A DNA stretch of 64,000 nt from an uncultured bacterium (GCA_964561495.1 CAZLPW010000001.1:10773-74772); one strand, 5' to 3'; counted from the stretch's first letter, positions 1-10,739 are shown. Made by a program: numbers and translations. Notes: a model not told the origin generated them from the sequence alone.

Positions 1-103
1 TTTAATAATATTATTTCAGATTTTGATATCATTTAGATAAAGTATTTGTTTTTTATTTTATAAAATAAAAGCCTTCTAGAAAATTTTATTAAATAATTGT
101 ATC

Positions 104-132
104 TTGACCCTTTGAATATATCAAAATATGAT
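104..132 (+). promoter_or_regulatory. candidate sigma70-type promoter upstream of proS
   Basis: TTGACC (104-109), 17-nt spacer, TATGAT (127-132), about 30 nt upstream of the proS ATG. This is a by-eye match only, and the AT-rich background makes chance -10 boxes common. Confidence 0.3.
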
Positions 133-162
133 CTCTCTTCTTAAGATAAATAACAGAATAAA

Positions 163-1629
163 ATGAGTAAAAAATTACCCGATCGAGATACAGATTTTTC
201 TAATTGGTACACCCAAGTTATTAATAGAGCTGGGTTAGCTGATTATGGTCCAGTCAAGGGGACCATGGTTATTCGTCCATATGGTTATGAAATGTGGGAT
301 AGAATTAAAAGTGTTTTTGATAAAATGATAAAAACGACAGGACATGTAAATGCATATTTCCCTTTATTTATTCCCAAATCTTTCTTAGCCCGTGAAGCAG
401 AGCATGTAGAGGGTTTCGCAAAAGAGTGTGCTGTAATCACTCATACTAGACTTAAGGCCGATAATAATGAAGGAGTTATAGTAGACCCCGATTCAAAACT
501 AGAAGAAGAAATTATTGTTAGACCAACATCTGAAACAGTAATCTGGTCAATGTATAAAAAATGGATTCAGTCGTATAGGGATTTACCAATTTTAATTAAT
601 CAATGGGCGAATGTTGTAAGATGGGAAATGAGAACACGCTTGTTTTTGCGGACATCTGAATTTTTATGGCAGGAAGGTCACACGGCGCATGAAACAAAAG
701 AAGAAGCACAAAAAGAGACAATAGACATATTGAATTTGTATAAAACGCTTGCTGAAGAATATTTAGCAATTCCAGTTATAACAGGGTTGAAAACAGAATC
801 TGAAAAATTTGCAGGGGCCGAACAAACTTATTGTATTGAAGCAATGATGGGTGATAAAAGAGCATTACAAGCGGGGACTTCACACAATCTCGGCCAAAAC
901 TTTGCTAAAGCATTTAATGTTACTTTTCAAACAAAAGATAATAAAGAGGAGCTTGTATGGGCTACTAGCTGGGGTGTTAGCACTAGACTCGTTGGTGCTA
1001 TAATTTTGACACACGGAGACGAAAAGGGTCTCCGCCTGCCCCCGATGATAGCACCGATTCAAATAGTTATTATTCCTATTTCAAAAAACGAGGAAGAAAA
1101 AGAGCTTGTAAAAAACTATATTAAAATTATAACTGATGATTTAAACAAAATAAAAATCCGTTATCATGTTGATTGGTCTGAAAGCTCACCAGGGTTTAAA
1201 TATAATGATTGGGAGATGAAAGGGGTTCCAATTAGATTTGAAATTGGCCCCAGGGATATAGAAAACAATAATTTAATATTAGCAAGAAGAGACAAAGGTT
1301 CCAAGGAAACAGTAGATATATCAAATCTATTAAATACAATCCCAGAAGTATTAGAAAAAATTCAAAAATGTTTATATGAACAGGCTCTTGATTTTAGGAA
1401 TGCAAATACCTTCACCGTTGAATCTTTTGAAGAATTTACTGAAAAGATAAACAAAGGAGGTTTTGTTCGTTGTGGTTGGGATGGAACAGATGAGACTGAA
1501 AAGCTAATAAAAGAAAAGACAAAAGCTACCATACGTTGTATCCCCTTTGATGAAAATCCCAAAGGCCTGCATTGTGTTTTTTCTAAAAAGCCAGCAAAGC
1601 ATGAGGTTATATACGCAAGGGCTTATTAA
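163..1629 (+). CDS. proS: prolyl-tRNA synthetase (archaeal/eukaryote-like short form)
   Basis: 488-aa ORF. The N-terminus DFSNWYTQVINRAGLADYGPVKG..IRPYGY and the motifs RPTSET, WANVVRWE and GTSHNLGQNFAKAF are typical of class II ProRS without an editing insertion. Confidence 0.95.
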   Translation: MSKKLPDRDTDFSNWYTQVINRAGLADYGPVKGTMVIRPYGYEMWDRIKSVFDKMIKTTGHVNAYFPLFIPKSFLAREAEHVEGFAKECAVITHTRLKADNNEGVIVDPDSKLEEEIIVRPTSETVIWSMYKKWIQSYRDLPILINQWANVVRWEMRTRLFLRTSEFLWQEGHTAHETKEEAQKETIDILNLYKTLAEEYLAIPVITGLKTESEKFAGAEQTYCIEAMMGDKRALQAGTSHNLGQNFAKAFNVTFQTKDNKEELVWATSWGVSTRLVGAIILTHGDEKGLRLPPMIAPIQIVIIPISKNEEEKELVKNYIKIITDDLNKIKIRYHVDWSESSPGFKYNDWEMKGVPIRFEIGPRDIENNNLILARRDKGSKETVDISNLLNTIPEVLEKIQKCLYEQALDFRNANTFTVESFEEFTEKINKGGFVRCGWDGTDETEKLIKEKTKATIRCIPFDENPKGLHCVFSKKPAKHEVIYARAY

Positions 1630-1663
1630 TTCTTTTTCTGGTCCCTATAAAATCAAATAAGAA

Positions 1664-2362
1664 ATGATAGTTAATACACCAGCGATTGTTCTCAAATCTA
1701 TTGCATATGGAGAAACCAGTATAATTTCGCGGTGCTTTAGTAGAAATAAAGGAAAAATCAGCCTTATGGTCAAGGGTGCGAAATCAAAAAAAGTCCCTAA
1801 AGTCTCTTATTTTCAACCGCTTAGTTATGTGGAGTTAGTATACAATGAAAAGCCAAACAGGACTCTTAACATTCTTTCTAAAGTTAGTTTCATTGAATCT
1901 TGGCAAAATATTTTTAATGATATTCGTTCATTATCTTTATCCATAGCTATCCTTGAAATCACAGAAAAAATAATATTAGAAGGGGATCCGCACCCTAAAC
2001 TGTTTCAAATTTTAAAAGATGTGTTAAGGGCATATAATAAAAATCCAGATAATCCAAATTTATTGTTTTGGTTTTATGAGTGTGCACTTCTTAACCATTT
2101 AGGTTTCAGGCCAATTCTTGAAAAACAAAATTTACCAGGGATTGTTCTTCCAGATCCAAATAGCGGTTCAAAAACTGGAGAAATCTTAGAAAAATTAATG
2201 GAAGAAAACATTAATCAATTACCAAAAGAACCTATTTCTAAAAAAGATAATAAAATAATTAGTGATTATCTATGGTTGTTATTATGCTATCATTTTGATG
2301 GTTTGTATAATATAAAATCTGTTCAAATAGCAAAACAAATCTTAAGACCAAAAGGTTTTTGA
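1664..2362 (+). CDS. recO: DNA repair protein RecO
   Basis: 232-aa ORF. The N-terminal OB-fold pattern PAIVLKSIAYGETSIISRCFSRNKGKISLMVKGAKSKK is typical of RecO. Confidence 0.85.
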   Translation: MIVNTPAIVLKSIAYGETSIISRCFSRNKGKISLMVKGAKSKKVPKVSYFQPLSYVELVYNEKPNRTLNILSKVSFIESWQNIFNDIRSLSLSIAILEITEKIILEGDPHPKLFQILKDVLRAYNKNPDNPNLLFWFYECALLNHLGFRPILEKQNLPGIVLPDPNSGSKTGEILEKLMEENINQLPKEPISKKDNKIISDYLWLLLCYHFDGLYNIKSVQIAKQILRPKGF

Positions 2363-2469
2363 TTTATTATTTAATGATTTGATTTTTTACTAAGGATCAA
2401 AGTTTTTTATTATCTTAAAAATTAGACTATCTTTTTATGGAAAACTTATTTAATTATATTTGAGGCGAT

Positions 2470-3306
2470 ATGAATTATCAATTTCAATCGAATAGAGGAA
2501 ACTTTTCCTACAAATCAAATTTGTTCTCTGAGGCTATTAAGGTTCTTATAACGGTTAATTTTTTAATTTATGTACTTCAATCTATTGCAGGTCCATTAGT
2601 AGCGAGTGATCTTTGGAGGCTTTTCGGGTTAGTGCCAAAACAAATTTGGTCTAATCTTATGTTATGGCAACCTTTTACATATCTTTTTTTTCATGATTCG
2701 AACCCTTGGCATGTTTTAATGAATATGTTTGTGTTGTGGATGTTTGGCACAGAATTAGAGCGGACTTGGGGAAAAGAAAGTTTCATTAAATATTACTTTA
2801 TTACTGGAGTTGGTTCGGGAATAATCACTGGTTGTCTGTCTCTAAATTCGATGGTGCCTTTGATCGGAGCTAGTGGTGCTGTTTTTGGAATTATTCTTGC
2901 ATATGGATTAACCTTTCCAAATCGGACTATCTATCTTTGGGGGATTGTTCCAATTAAATCAATTGTATTTGTAATATTTATTGGTTCGTTATCCTTATTC
3001 AGCACAATCAACAGCACTTCAAATATTAGTCATCTAACTCATTTAGCTGGAATGTTTATAGGATATATATATTTAAAACGGAGATGGCGATTTAATACTA
3101 TCATGTTTTCCTTAAGGAAAAAAATAATAGAGTATCAAATACAGAGAGAAGAGAGGAAAGTTGTTTTCAAAAAATCGGTAGAGAACGATATTGATATTCT
3201 TCTTGACAAAATAAATAGAAGTGGGTTTGAAAGTTTATCTTCAGAAGAAGAAAAACAATTATATGAAAATAGTAAAATTATTTCAAGAAGTAAAAAAAAG
3301 GATTAG
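2470..3306 (+). CDS. rhomboid family intramembrane serine protease
   Basis: Polytopic membrane ORF with the catalytic GASGAVFG serine motif and a downstream HLAGMFIGY histidine helix, plus a WRLFT-like and HxxxN-like region (HVLMNMFVLW). Confidence 0.85.
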   Translation: MNYQFQSNRGNFSYKSNLFSEAIKVLITVNFLIYVLQSIAGPLVASDLWRLFGLVPKQIWSNLMLWQPFTYLFFHDSNPWHVLMNMFVLWMFGTELERTWGKESFIKYYFITGVGSGIITGCLSLNSMVPLIGASGAVFGIILAYGLTFPNRTIYLWGIVPIKSIVFVIFIGSLSLFSTINSTSNISHLTHLAGMFIGYIYLKRRWRFNTIMFSLRKKIIEYQIQREERKVVFKKSVENDIDILLDKINRSGFESLSSEEEKQLYENSKIISRSKKKD

Positions 3307-3385
3307 TATTTAAACTAACGTAATTTTGTTAAGTTTCGCCCAAAATTACTTAATATAATATTTTGATAAACACTAAAGAGGATAT

Positions 3386-4195
3386 ATGGATTTAGGTACA
3401 GTAATTGGTTTGGTTGCGGGTATTAGTATAATTCTTTTTGGAATTATAAGTGGCGGTGGCCAATTAGGTTGGTTTGGGAATATTTCATCAATAATTATTG
3501 TTGTTGGTGGGACTATTACAGCAACCATGGTAGCGCTTCCTTTAAACGCAGTTGGGAAAGTTTTTAGTGTTCTAAAGAATGTTTTTATTGATGATAAAAC
3601 TAATTATGTTGAAACAATCGAAGAGATTGTACGATGGGCAGAAAAAGCACGGAAAGACGGATTGCTTTCTTTAGAAGCAGAGCTTTCAAAAATGAACTCA
3701 GGGTTTTTTAGGAATGGAATAGAATTAGCAATAAATGAAAGAGAATCAACAAGGTTGCGCACATTTTTAAACCTTGAAATGAGTAATATTCAAAGCAGGC
3801 ACATTGCTGGTCAAGAATTGTTTCTATATATGGGAGCATATGCTCCTGCTTTTGGTATGCTTGGCACGGTTTTAGGTTTAATTGTGATGATGAATAATTT
3901 TGCTGCAGGTGGAGGTGAAGAAGCGCAGGCTAATTATGATGTTGCAGAAAAGTTTGCCGAACTTCTATCGGGCATGGGACTTGCACTAATAACGACCTTT
4001 TATGGTGTTTTTCTTTCTAATATGATATTTATACCTATCGGTGGGAAATTAAAAAGAAAATCAGAAAATGAAATGATGTTAAAAAACATTGTTGTTGAAG
4101 GAATTATATCTATTCATGCGAGAGAACACCCAATATTAATTAAAGAAAAACTTATGACCTTTGTTCCTTATTATTTAAGACCTAAGAAGGATTAG
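3386..4195 (+). CDS. motA: MotA/PomA-type proton (or sodium) channel stator subunit A
   Basis: 269 aa with 2+2 TM topology and a large cytoplasmic loop. The N-terminus MDLGTVIGLVAGISIILFGIISGGG..SSIIIVVGGTI closely resembles PomA/MotA. AAGAGGA lies 6 nt upstream of the ATG. Confidence 0.8.
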   Translation: MDLGTVIGLVAGISIILFGIISGGGQLGWFGNISSIIIVVGGTITATMVALPLNAVGKVFSVLKNVFIDDKTNYVETIEEIVRWAEKARKDGLLSLEAELSKMNSGFFRNGIELAINERESTRLRTFLNLEMSNIQSRHIAGQELFLYMGAYAPAFGMLGTVLGLIVMMNNFAAGGGEEAQANYDVAEKFAELLSGMGLALITTFYGVFLSNMIFIPIGGKLKRKSENEMMLKNIVVEGIISIHAREHPILIKEKLMTFVPYYLRPKKD

Positions 4196-4201
4196 TTAAT
4201 A

Positions 4202-4930
4202 GTGGAAATTCGGAAACAGCTTTCACTTGATGAAAGAAGAGCAAAAGCAACAGCTTGGGCTCTCACTTTTGCTGACATGGTTACTTTATTGCTCACCTTT
4301 TTTGTTCTTTTGTTGGTGATTTTAAACGACGCAGAAAAACATATTGATCGGGTAATAAATAAATTACTTGATGAAACATATGAAGAGTTAACAGAGAGTG
4401 TATCATCTTCATATGTTTCCATAGAGAGAGTGACAAAGGGTATTAAAATTACTATGCGGGGAAAGCTTTTTAAGTCTATGTCAAAGGATGTTGATCCCCG
4501 TGTACATCCTTTGCTAATTCAAATTGGTGGTATTATTAGAACATCTAAAATTTTAAATGTATTTGATGACCCAGATTACGAAGATCTCCTTGTACTTATT
4601 GATAATAGAAATAAGTTTTTAAATGTTGAGGTTAGATGTGAGGGTCATACAGATGATATTCCTTTACCCAAAAAGGCTTCTTATCCAAGTAACTGGGAAC
4701 TTTCGGCCGCAAGATCTTTAAATTTAGTTAGGCTTTTAAGCAAGTATGCTGGTATGGAAGAAAGAAATTTTTCTGCTTTGGGATATGGTTCATTCAGACC
4801 ACTTATTGATATAGAAGAAATAAGAGAAATGAATAGAGTGGAGAAAAAGGAAGCCAGGGCAACAAATCGCAGAGTTGAAATTTATCTGGATGCGTTTCTC
4901 AAACAGAAAATAGGTGAGGAGATTTTATAG
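4202..4930 (+). CDS. motB: MotB/PomB-type stator subunit B with OmpA-like peptidoglycan-binding domain
   Basis: GTG start 6 nt after the motA stop. Single TM with the conserved Asp (WALTFADMVTLLLTFFVLLL). OmpA-like C-terminus (NWELSAARSLNLVRLL..NRRVEIYL). Confidence 0.8.
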   Translation: MEIRKQLSLDERRAKATAWALTFADMVTLLLTFFVLLLVILNDAEKHIDRVINKLLDETYEELTESVSSSYVSIERVTKGIKITMRGKLFKSMSKDVDPRVHPLLIQIGGIIRTSKILNVFDDPDYEDLLVLIDNRNKFLNVEVRCEGHTDDIPLPKKASYPSNWELSAARSLNLVRLLSKYAGMEERNFSALGYGSFRPLIDIEEIREMNRVEKKEARATNRRVEIYLDAFLKQKIGEEIL

Positions 4931-4933
4931 ATT

Positions 4934-5506
4934 ATGAAGCAGATTTTAATTTTATTAATAATTGGATTTTGTTTTAGTCAGGATACAAAATTAACGACAT
5001 CATCAAGTTTAACATCTAAACCAAATGATAAATCATCGTTAGGTAAGCTAAATGCGGGAACTAAGGTAAGGAAACTAAAGTTAGACCCAAGCGGTAAGTA
5101 TGTAAAAGTTGCTTTTGAGGCGTATGTTCCTGTCACGGCACTCGAGAATGCAACGGTTTCACTACCAGTGGGCTCAACACAATCAGCTGATGGTGTAAAA
5201 TTTAAATTAATCAGTGCAAGACAAAAAGGCAAACAGGTATTTGTTAAGGTTCAAGTAACTAATACCAATACAAAGAAATTTAATTTTACTGGTTTATCAT
5301 TAATAAAGGTTTCTGGTTCGGGGGATAATATAGGTGAGATGAATCCGTTTGAAGGTAAAAACACAGTTGCATTTGATATTAAAAAAGGCAAATCTATAGT
5401 TTCTGATTTAGTTTTTGATTTTAAAAAACCTCCAAACAATGTTGAGTTAATTTGTATGAGTAAAATGAAAAATAGTGAAAAAGTATATTTTCAGTTAGGA
5501 TTTTAA
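4934..5506 (+). CDS. secreted or lipid-anchored hypothetical protein (Ig-like DUF4352-type fold suspected)
   Basis: 190 aa with N-terminal signal peptide MKQILILLIIGFCFSQ, starting 3 nt after the motB stop. The beta-rich C-terminal half (VKVQVTNTNTKKFNF..) supports only a tentative family call. Confidence 0.5.
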   Translation: MKQILILLIIGFCFSQDTKLTTSSSLTSKPNDKSSLGKLNAGTKVRKLKLDPSGKYVKVAFEAYVPVTALENATVSLPVGSTQSADGVKFKLISARQKGKQVFVKVQVTNTNTKKFNFTGLSLIKVSGSGDNIGEMNPFEGKNTVAFDIKKGKSIVSDLVFDFKKPPNNVELICMSKMKNSEKVYFQLGF

Positions 5507-5509
5507 TTT

Positions 5510-5860
5510 TTATTGTTCCTTTTTTGGTATTACTTTAAAAACTTTCTCTCCTTTTTTTGCCATTCGGAATCTTTCCCTTGCAAGCTTTTCTATATAATCT
5601 AAATTATTTTCCAGCATATTTTTTTCTTTTTTAAGGTTTTCTTTTTCTTTCCGTAGTTGGGATATATGATTTTGAATAAGCACTCTTTCTTTTTTTAATT
5701 TATATAGCTGAAACACACCATGATCACCAAAAACAAATATTATTAAAAGAATAAATACTATGAATATTAAAACGAAACGAACTAATTTTTTTTGATTGTC
5801 TTCAACTTTTCTGCGAACTTTTCTAGGTTTAGCTTTCCTGCGCATTCCAGCATATTGCAT
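5510..5860 (-). CDS. ftsB: septum formation initiator family protein (FtsB/DivIC-like)
   Basis: 116 aa with a basic N-terminus, one TM and a coiled coil (LYKLKKERVLIQNHISQLRKEKENLKKEKNMLE). It overlaps the eno stop by 1 nt (TAATG), which is the classic eno-ftsB arrangement. Confidence 0.7.
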   Translation of the reverse strand: MQYAGMRRKAKPRKVRRKVEDNQKKLVRFVLIFIVFILLIIFVFGDHGVFQLYKLKKERVLIQNHISQLRKEKENLKKEKNMLENNLDYIEKLARERFRMAKKGEKVFKVIPKKEQ

Positions 5861-7146
5861 TATACTGTAATACCCAAAACTTTAATTTCTGCTAATTTAG
5901 CTTTGTTCCCAAGAAACTCCTCTATTCGTAATAGTTGATTATATTTTCCTATACGATCAGATCTAGATGCGGAGCCAGTTTTTATTTGACCCATGCCCAT
6001 AGCAACAGAAAAATCTGCAATTGTTGTATCTTCCGTTTCTCCAGACCTGTGAGAAATTATTGCTCCAAAATCATAATCGTTTGCTAAGTCAACAGCTTCA
6101 ATTGTTTCAGTAACTGTTCCAATTTGGTTAAGCTTTATTAAAATTGCGTTCATTGATTTTTCGTTTATAGAACGTCTCAGTCTTTTTATGTTTGTGGCTG
6201 TTAGATCATCTCCGACAATCTGGATTTTATTTCCTAATCTTTCAGTTAAATAGGACCATCCGTCCCAGTCATCTTCATTAAGACCATCCTCAATTGAAAT
6301 AATTGGGTATTTTTCTACTAGACTTTCTAAATATGAAACCATGTCTTTTGAAGATAGTGATTTGTTTTCTGATTTTAAATTATATTTTCCATCTTGGTAG
6401 AGTTCGCTTGCAGCCACATCTAGCGCTATATAAACATCTCTACCTGCCTTATAGTTTGAACTATCAATTGCCTCCATAATAACATTAATTGCTTCTTCAT
6501 TTGATTGCAAATCAGGTGCGAAGCCACCTTCATCTCCAACAGCAGTATTCAAATTTTTTGATTCTAAAACAGATTTTAGATTATGAAATATTTCTATTCC
6601 CATTTGTAATGCTTGAGAAAATGTGGAAGCGCCAACAGGATATACCATAAACTCTTGTATGTCTATTGTATTATCGGCATGACTACCTCCGTTTAAAATA
6701 TTCATCATTGGCAATGGTAAAACAGATGCATATTCCCCACCTAAATATTTAAAAAGGGGAAGCCTACAATAATTAGCACCAGCATGGGCCGCGGCCAAAG
6801 AAACGCCTAATATGGCATTTGCACCCAAGTTTGATTTATTTTCAGTCCCATCTAGATCAATCATAATATTATCTAGCTCAGATTGTTTGGTCACATCATA
6901 TCCTTTAAGAGTATCTGCAATTATTGTGTTTATATTATTTACAGCTATACAAACACCCTTCCCAAAATAACGTTTTTTATCGTGATCTCGTAATTCGAGT
7001 GCTTCATAAATACCTGTTGATGCTCCCGATGGTACTGAAGCTCTGCCAATAACACCATTTTTTAGTTTTATATCAACCTCGATGGTTGGGTTTCCTCGTG
7101 AATCAAAAATTTCGCGGGCATGAATTTTTTCAATAGCAGAATTCAA
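5860..7146 (-). CDS. eno: enolase (phosphopyruvate hydratase)
   Basis: 428 aa with full-length enolase signatures ([60 protein letters not shown]). Confidence 0.97.
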   Translation of the reverse strand: MNSAIEKIHAREIFDSRGNPTIEVDIKLKNGVIGRASVPSGASTGIYEALELRDHDKKRYFGKGVCIAVNNINTIIADTLKGYDVTKQSELDNIMIDLDGTENKSNLGANAILGVSLAAAHAGANYCRLPLFKYLGGEYASVLPLPMMNILNGGSHADNTIDIQEFMVYPVGASTFSQALQMGIEIFHNLKSVLESKNLNTAVGDEGGFAPDLQSNEEAINVIMEAIDSSNYKAGRDVYIALDVAASELYQDGKYNLKSENKSLSSKDMVSYLESLVEKYPIISIEDGLNEDDWDGWSYLTERLGNKIQIVGDDLTATNIKRLRRSINEKSMNAILIKLNQIGTVTETIEAVDLANDYDFGAIISHRSGETEDTTIADFSVAMGMGQIKTGSASRSDRIGKYNQLLRIEEFLGNKAKLAEIKVLGITV

Positions 7147-7243
7147 TATTTACTCCTGTAAATTAAAATACCAAATTATATTTAGGCTGAAGCAAGTTCC
7201 AATAAGAATTATAAAAAAAATTAAACAATTATACGGTGAACAT

Positions 7244-8209
7244 ATGATAAAAATAGAAAAATTTTCAGAATCAAAAAAACTGGAATGGGATTCTTTTGTT
7301 GATTCAAGTAATAATGGAACTATTTTTCATCTTCGCAGATTTTTGAGTTACCATCCTAAAGGTCGGTTTGCTGATCATAGTTTATTAGCGTATAAGAAAG
7401 GAAAACTTATTGGAATAATTCCTGCCGCAATTAAGAAGATAAATGATAAAGAATTTTTTGTCTCTCATCCTGGATTATCTGTAGGATCATTTGTTGTTCA
7501 AGAAAATTTAAGTATATCGGATTCATTGTTATTAATCAAAACATTTATCAATTACGTTTATGAAGCTGGGTTTGGTGGTATCAGGGTTACTTTATTGCCA
7601 ATTATTTATCAAAAAAGATTATCAAATTATATTGAATTTTCATTTTTAAAATATGATTTCAAATATGTTAAGAGAGAGCTTTCAAGTGTTCTTTTTTTGG
7701 AAAAAAGCTTAGAACATAATCTAAAAAAGTTTCGCCCCTCCCATTTAAGAGCAGTCAAGAGTGCATTGAAAAAAAACATCGAGGTTAAAACATCAAATGA
7801 TTACGATATGTTTTATGAACTCTTGGAAAAGAATCTGTTACTTAGACATAATGTATCCCCAACCCATAGCCTTGATGAATTAAAAAAATTAGTTAAACTT
7901 TTTCCAGATAGGATTTGTCTTTTTTCAGCGAATGTTAAAGATAAAATGATAGCAGGTGTTGTTAATTTTATTTTAAATAAAAACACAGTTTTAGCTTTTT
8001 ATATTTGTCATGATGATAGTTATAAAGAATATAAATCGGTAAACTTACTTTTTTATAATATTATAGATTGGGCCATTAAACAAGAATATTCAACCTATGA
8101 TTTTGGTTTATTTACTATTTGTGAAATACCTAATATGGGTTTGGGGAGGTTTAAAGAAAATTTTGGAGCAAGTGGTGTTTTCCGTGATACGATGGAAATA
8201 GTTTTTTAA
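7244..8209 (+). CDS. FemAB-like / GNAT-fold acyl- or aminoacyl-transferase
   Basis: 321 aa. The overall pattern (N-terminal W..FV....GTIFH, two GNAT-like halves, C-terminal YDFG..........FKE.FGA) is typical of FemAB/BioF2-like transferases. First gene of a glycan cluster. Confidence 0.5.
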   Translation: MIKIEKFSESKKLEWDSFVDSSNNGTIFHLRRFLSYHPKGRFADHSLLAYKKGKLIGIIPAAIKKINDKEFFVSHPGLSVGSFVVQENLSISDSLLLIKTFINYVYEAGFGGIRVTLLPIIYQKRLSNYIEFSFLKYDFKYVKRELSSVLFLEKSLEHNLKKFRPSHLRAVKSALKKNIEVKTSNDYDMFYELLEKNLLLRHNVSPTHSLDELKKLVKLFPDRICLFSANVKDKMIAGVVNFILNKNTVLAFYICHDDSYKEYKSVNLLFYNIIDWAIKQEYSTYDFGLFTICEIPNMGLGRFKENFGASGVFRDTMEIVF

Positions 8210-8214
8210 AACAT

Positions 8215-9633
8215 ATGTCAATTAAATCTTTAGGTCGCCAATCTTTAATATATGGGATAGGTCATATTTTATCTAGGATAGTTACTTTTTTGCTCCTGCC
8301 GTTATATACACACCTATTTACACCAGATGAATATGGAATAATCTCACTTGCCTATGCCTTTATGGGGATGACATTAATATTTTATAGATATGGGATGGAT
8401 TCAGCATTATTAAAATATGCAATTGCTTTTAAAAATGAGAAACGAATTGTTTATCTATCTACAATATATATTATGCAGGTAATAACAAGTTTTATTTTTT
8501 CTATTATTATATATTTTTCTAGTTCATTTTTATCCAAATATATTTTAGCCATAGATGAACCAAAATTAGTTATGCTTTTATCTGGAATATTAGCATGTGA
8601 CGCTCTTTGGAATTTATCGGTACTTCTTTTAAGAGCAGAAGAAAAACCAATCCAGTTTGTTACGTTTAATTTGATTAATGTTTTAGCAACAATGGGTTTT
8701 AATATATACTTCGTTGTTTATTTAAAGAGGGGTATTGAAGGTGTTCTGCTGGCTAACCTAATTGCATCTTTTTTACTATTAACTCTTTCTTTCCCCGTAA
8801 TCTTAAAACGTTTAAGCCTTAGAAATTTATCTCTTACTGTAGCAAAAAATATTTTAGAGTTTGGGCTTCCTTTTCTTCCTGCAGGAATTTTTACTATGTT
8901 AATGGAACTTTCAAACAGATATTTATTAGTTATGATCGATGGTTCATCTTCCGTTGGTCTTTACTCAGCTGGGCATAAAATAGGAATGCTTGGCCTAATT
9001 GTTGTTATGGGTTTTAATATGGGCTGGACGCCTTATTTTTTAAAAAGAGGGAAAGAAAAACAGGCGAGAAGAGACTTTTCAATATCAGCAACAATTTTTC
9101 TTGGTTTTCTTGGTTTTATAATATTGATTATTTCATTATGGGTGCATGAATTAATGCAAATAAAAATTGGGAATGCTAATTTAATTGGAGAACAGTTTTG
9201 GGGGGCTGCGGATGTAGTTTATTTTATTTTGTTAGCGTATTTCTTTTTTGGGGTTTATGTCATACAGCTCCCTGGAATATATGTTAAAAATAAAACAAAA
9301 TGGATACCAGGTTTCAGGTTTATTGGTGCTTGTTCTAATATTTTATTAAATATTATTTTAATACCCAGCTATGGCGTAATTGGATCTGCTTGCGCAACGG
9401 CCATTGCATATTTCCTTATGAGTTTGGCAATATTTATTTATTCTAATAAAATTTATCCTACTAACTATAATTTAGTAGGGTGTTTTTATCCAATTGTATA
9501 TGTTGGTATCGCTTTTTCTTTAGGGGAAAATATTTTAATTCGTATTTTATTAATGTTATTGTATCCTTTGATTTGGTATTCAATAATAATTAATAAAAAC
9601 GAAAAATCTATTTTAAAAAGTTTCGTAAAGTGA
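8215..9633 (+). CDS. polysaccharide flippase (MOP/Wzx-like, polysaccharide biosynthesis protein family)
   Basis: 472 aa with about 12-14 TM helices and a Wzx/RfbX-type N-terminus (SLIYGIGHILSRIVTFLLLPLYTHLFTPDEYG). Confidence 0.75.
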   Translation: MSIKSLGRQSLIYGIGHILSRIVTFLLLPLYTHLFTPDEYGIISLAYAFMGMTLIFYRYGMDSALLKYAIAFKNEKRIVYLSTIYIMQVITSFIFSIIIYFSSSFLSKYILAIDEPKLVMLLSGILACDALWNLSVLLLRAEEKPIQFVTFNLINVLATMGFNIYFVVYLKRGIEGVLLANLIASFLLLTLSFPVILKRLSLRNLSLTVAKNILEFGLPFLPAGIFTMLMELSNRYLLVMIDGSSSVGLYSAGHKIGMLGLIVVMGFNMGWTPYFLKRGKEKQARRDFSISATIFLGFLGFIILIISLWVHELMQIKIGNANLIGEQFWGAADVVYFILLAYFFFGVYVIQLPGIYVKNKTKWIPGFRFIGACSNILLNIILIPSYGVIGSACATAIAYFLMSLAIFIYSNKIYPTNYNLVGCFYPIVYVGIAFSLGENILIRILLMLLYPLIWYSIIINKNEKSILKSFVK

Positions 9634-10739
9634 TAGCTGTTGTTTCTTGTTCGCATTTTCCTGATGATGAAAGAATTTATCATCGACAAATTAAAACCTT
9701 ATTACAAGGCGGTTTTAAAGTAAAATACTATACTCGCTCATTTGCTACTAAGAATTTATCTGGGGAAGGCCTTTCCCATATTAACTTTTCGAAAACTCTA
9801 TCTATATCAGAATATACAAAAATGATATTAGAGGAGATTTTAAAAACTAATAAGGTTTTATTAATTCACATTCATGAACCAGAATTATTTTCACTTGCAA
9901 TTAATGTTAAAAAATCAATTGGGGCAAAAATTATTTATGATGTACATGAGGATTTCCCTTCTGTAATTAACACTTTTTCTAAGTGGAATAAAAAGATAAG
10001 ATATTTAAAAGAAAATTATTGGATTTTTAAAGAGAAATTATTTTTGAAATATGTTGATGAAATAATTATTGCAAGCTCTGCAATAGTTAATTCAAACTAT
10101 GGATCTCAGGGATTCAAACCATTATTATTAGAAAATTTTCCGTCTAAAGCTTTTATCAATAATCTTGATATAAAAAAAAAAGTAAAAAACTCTATAATCT
10201 ACCATGGTAATTTGGCACCTGAGAGGGGCATTGTTGAGCTTATTAAGGCTATGCCAATCGTTATTAAAAAGATTCCTGATGCCACACTATCATTATACGG
10301 AAATTTCAGGACAAATGATTTTAAAAACAATGTATCCAAGACAATAAATAGATTAAACATGAACAAGTGTATAACTTTGCACGCTCATATATTACATTCA
10401 AATATATGGAAGAAACTTCAGGATCATAGGATTGGTGTTATTCCCTTTAATGATAATGCTCTTACTCGCATAGGAACACCAACAAAAATTTTTGAGTTCA
10501 TGGCGGCAGGTTGCCAAATAGTGTGTGCAGATTTACCACCTATGAAGCGATATGATATTAATGGGTTAAAATTTTTTCAGTCAGGTAATGTCGAGTCTTT
10601 ATCAGCAGTTTTAATTAATGCAATGAACAATATTTCAAATAATGATTTAATATATAATCAAGAAAAAGTCAAATCAGTTTATAATTGGGAATGTATTAGT
10701 CATAAACTGATTAATCTTTACAATAGGTTATTATCATAA
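9630..10739 (+). CDS. glycosyltransferase, GT-B fold (family 4-like)
   Basis: 369 aa with the C-terminal GT4 signature GTPTKIFEFMAAGCQIVCADLPPM. It overlaps the flippase stop by 4 nt. Confidence 0.75.
   Translation: MIAVVSCSHFPDDERIYHRQIKTLLQGGFKVKYYTRSFATKNLSGEGLSHINFSKTLSISEYTKMILEEILKTNKVLLIHIHEPELFSLAINVKKSIGAKIIYDVHEDFPSVINTFSKWNKKIRYLKENYWIFKEKLFLKYVDEIIIASSAIVNSNYGSQGFKPLLLENFPSKAFINNLDIKKKVKNSIIYHGNLAPERGIVELIKAMPIVIKKIPDATLSLYGNFRTNDFKNNVSKTINRLNMNKCITLHAHILHSNIWKKLQDHRIGVIPFNDNALTRIGTPTKIFEFMAAGCQIVCADLPPMKRYDINGLKFFQSGNVESLSAVLINAMNNISNNDLIYNQEKVKSVYNWECISHKLINLYNRLLS

Noticed and set aside
51-70. Perfect AT-only palindromes (TTTTATTTTATAAAATAAAA at 51-70; AAAAAAGAAT-T-ATTCTTTTTT at 60203-60223; AAAATAA/TTATTTT near 49944-49965)
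   Set aside because: These are low-complexity A/T symmetry with negligible stem stability, expected by chance at this base composition.
3386-4930. MotA/MotB pair as a Zorya-type anti-phage system
   Set aside because: ZorA is much longer (a long C-terminal tail), and Zorya needs ZorC/D or ZorE partners. This MotA is 269 aa with a PomA-like sequence, and no such partners are adjacent.
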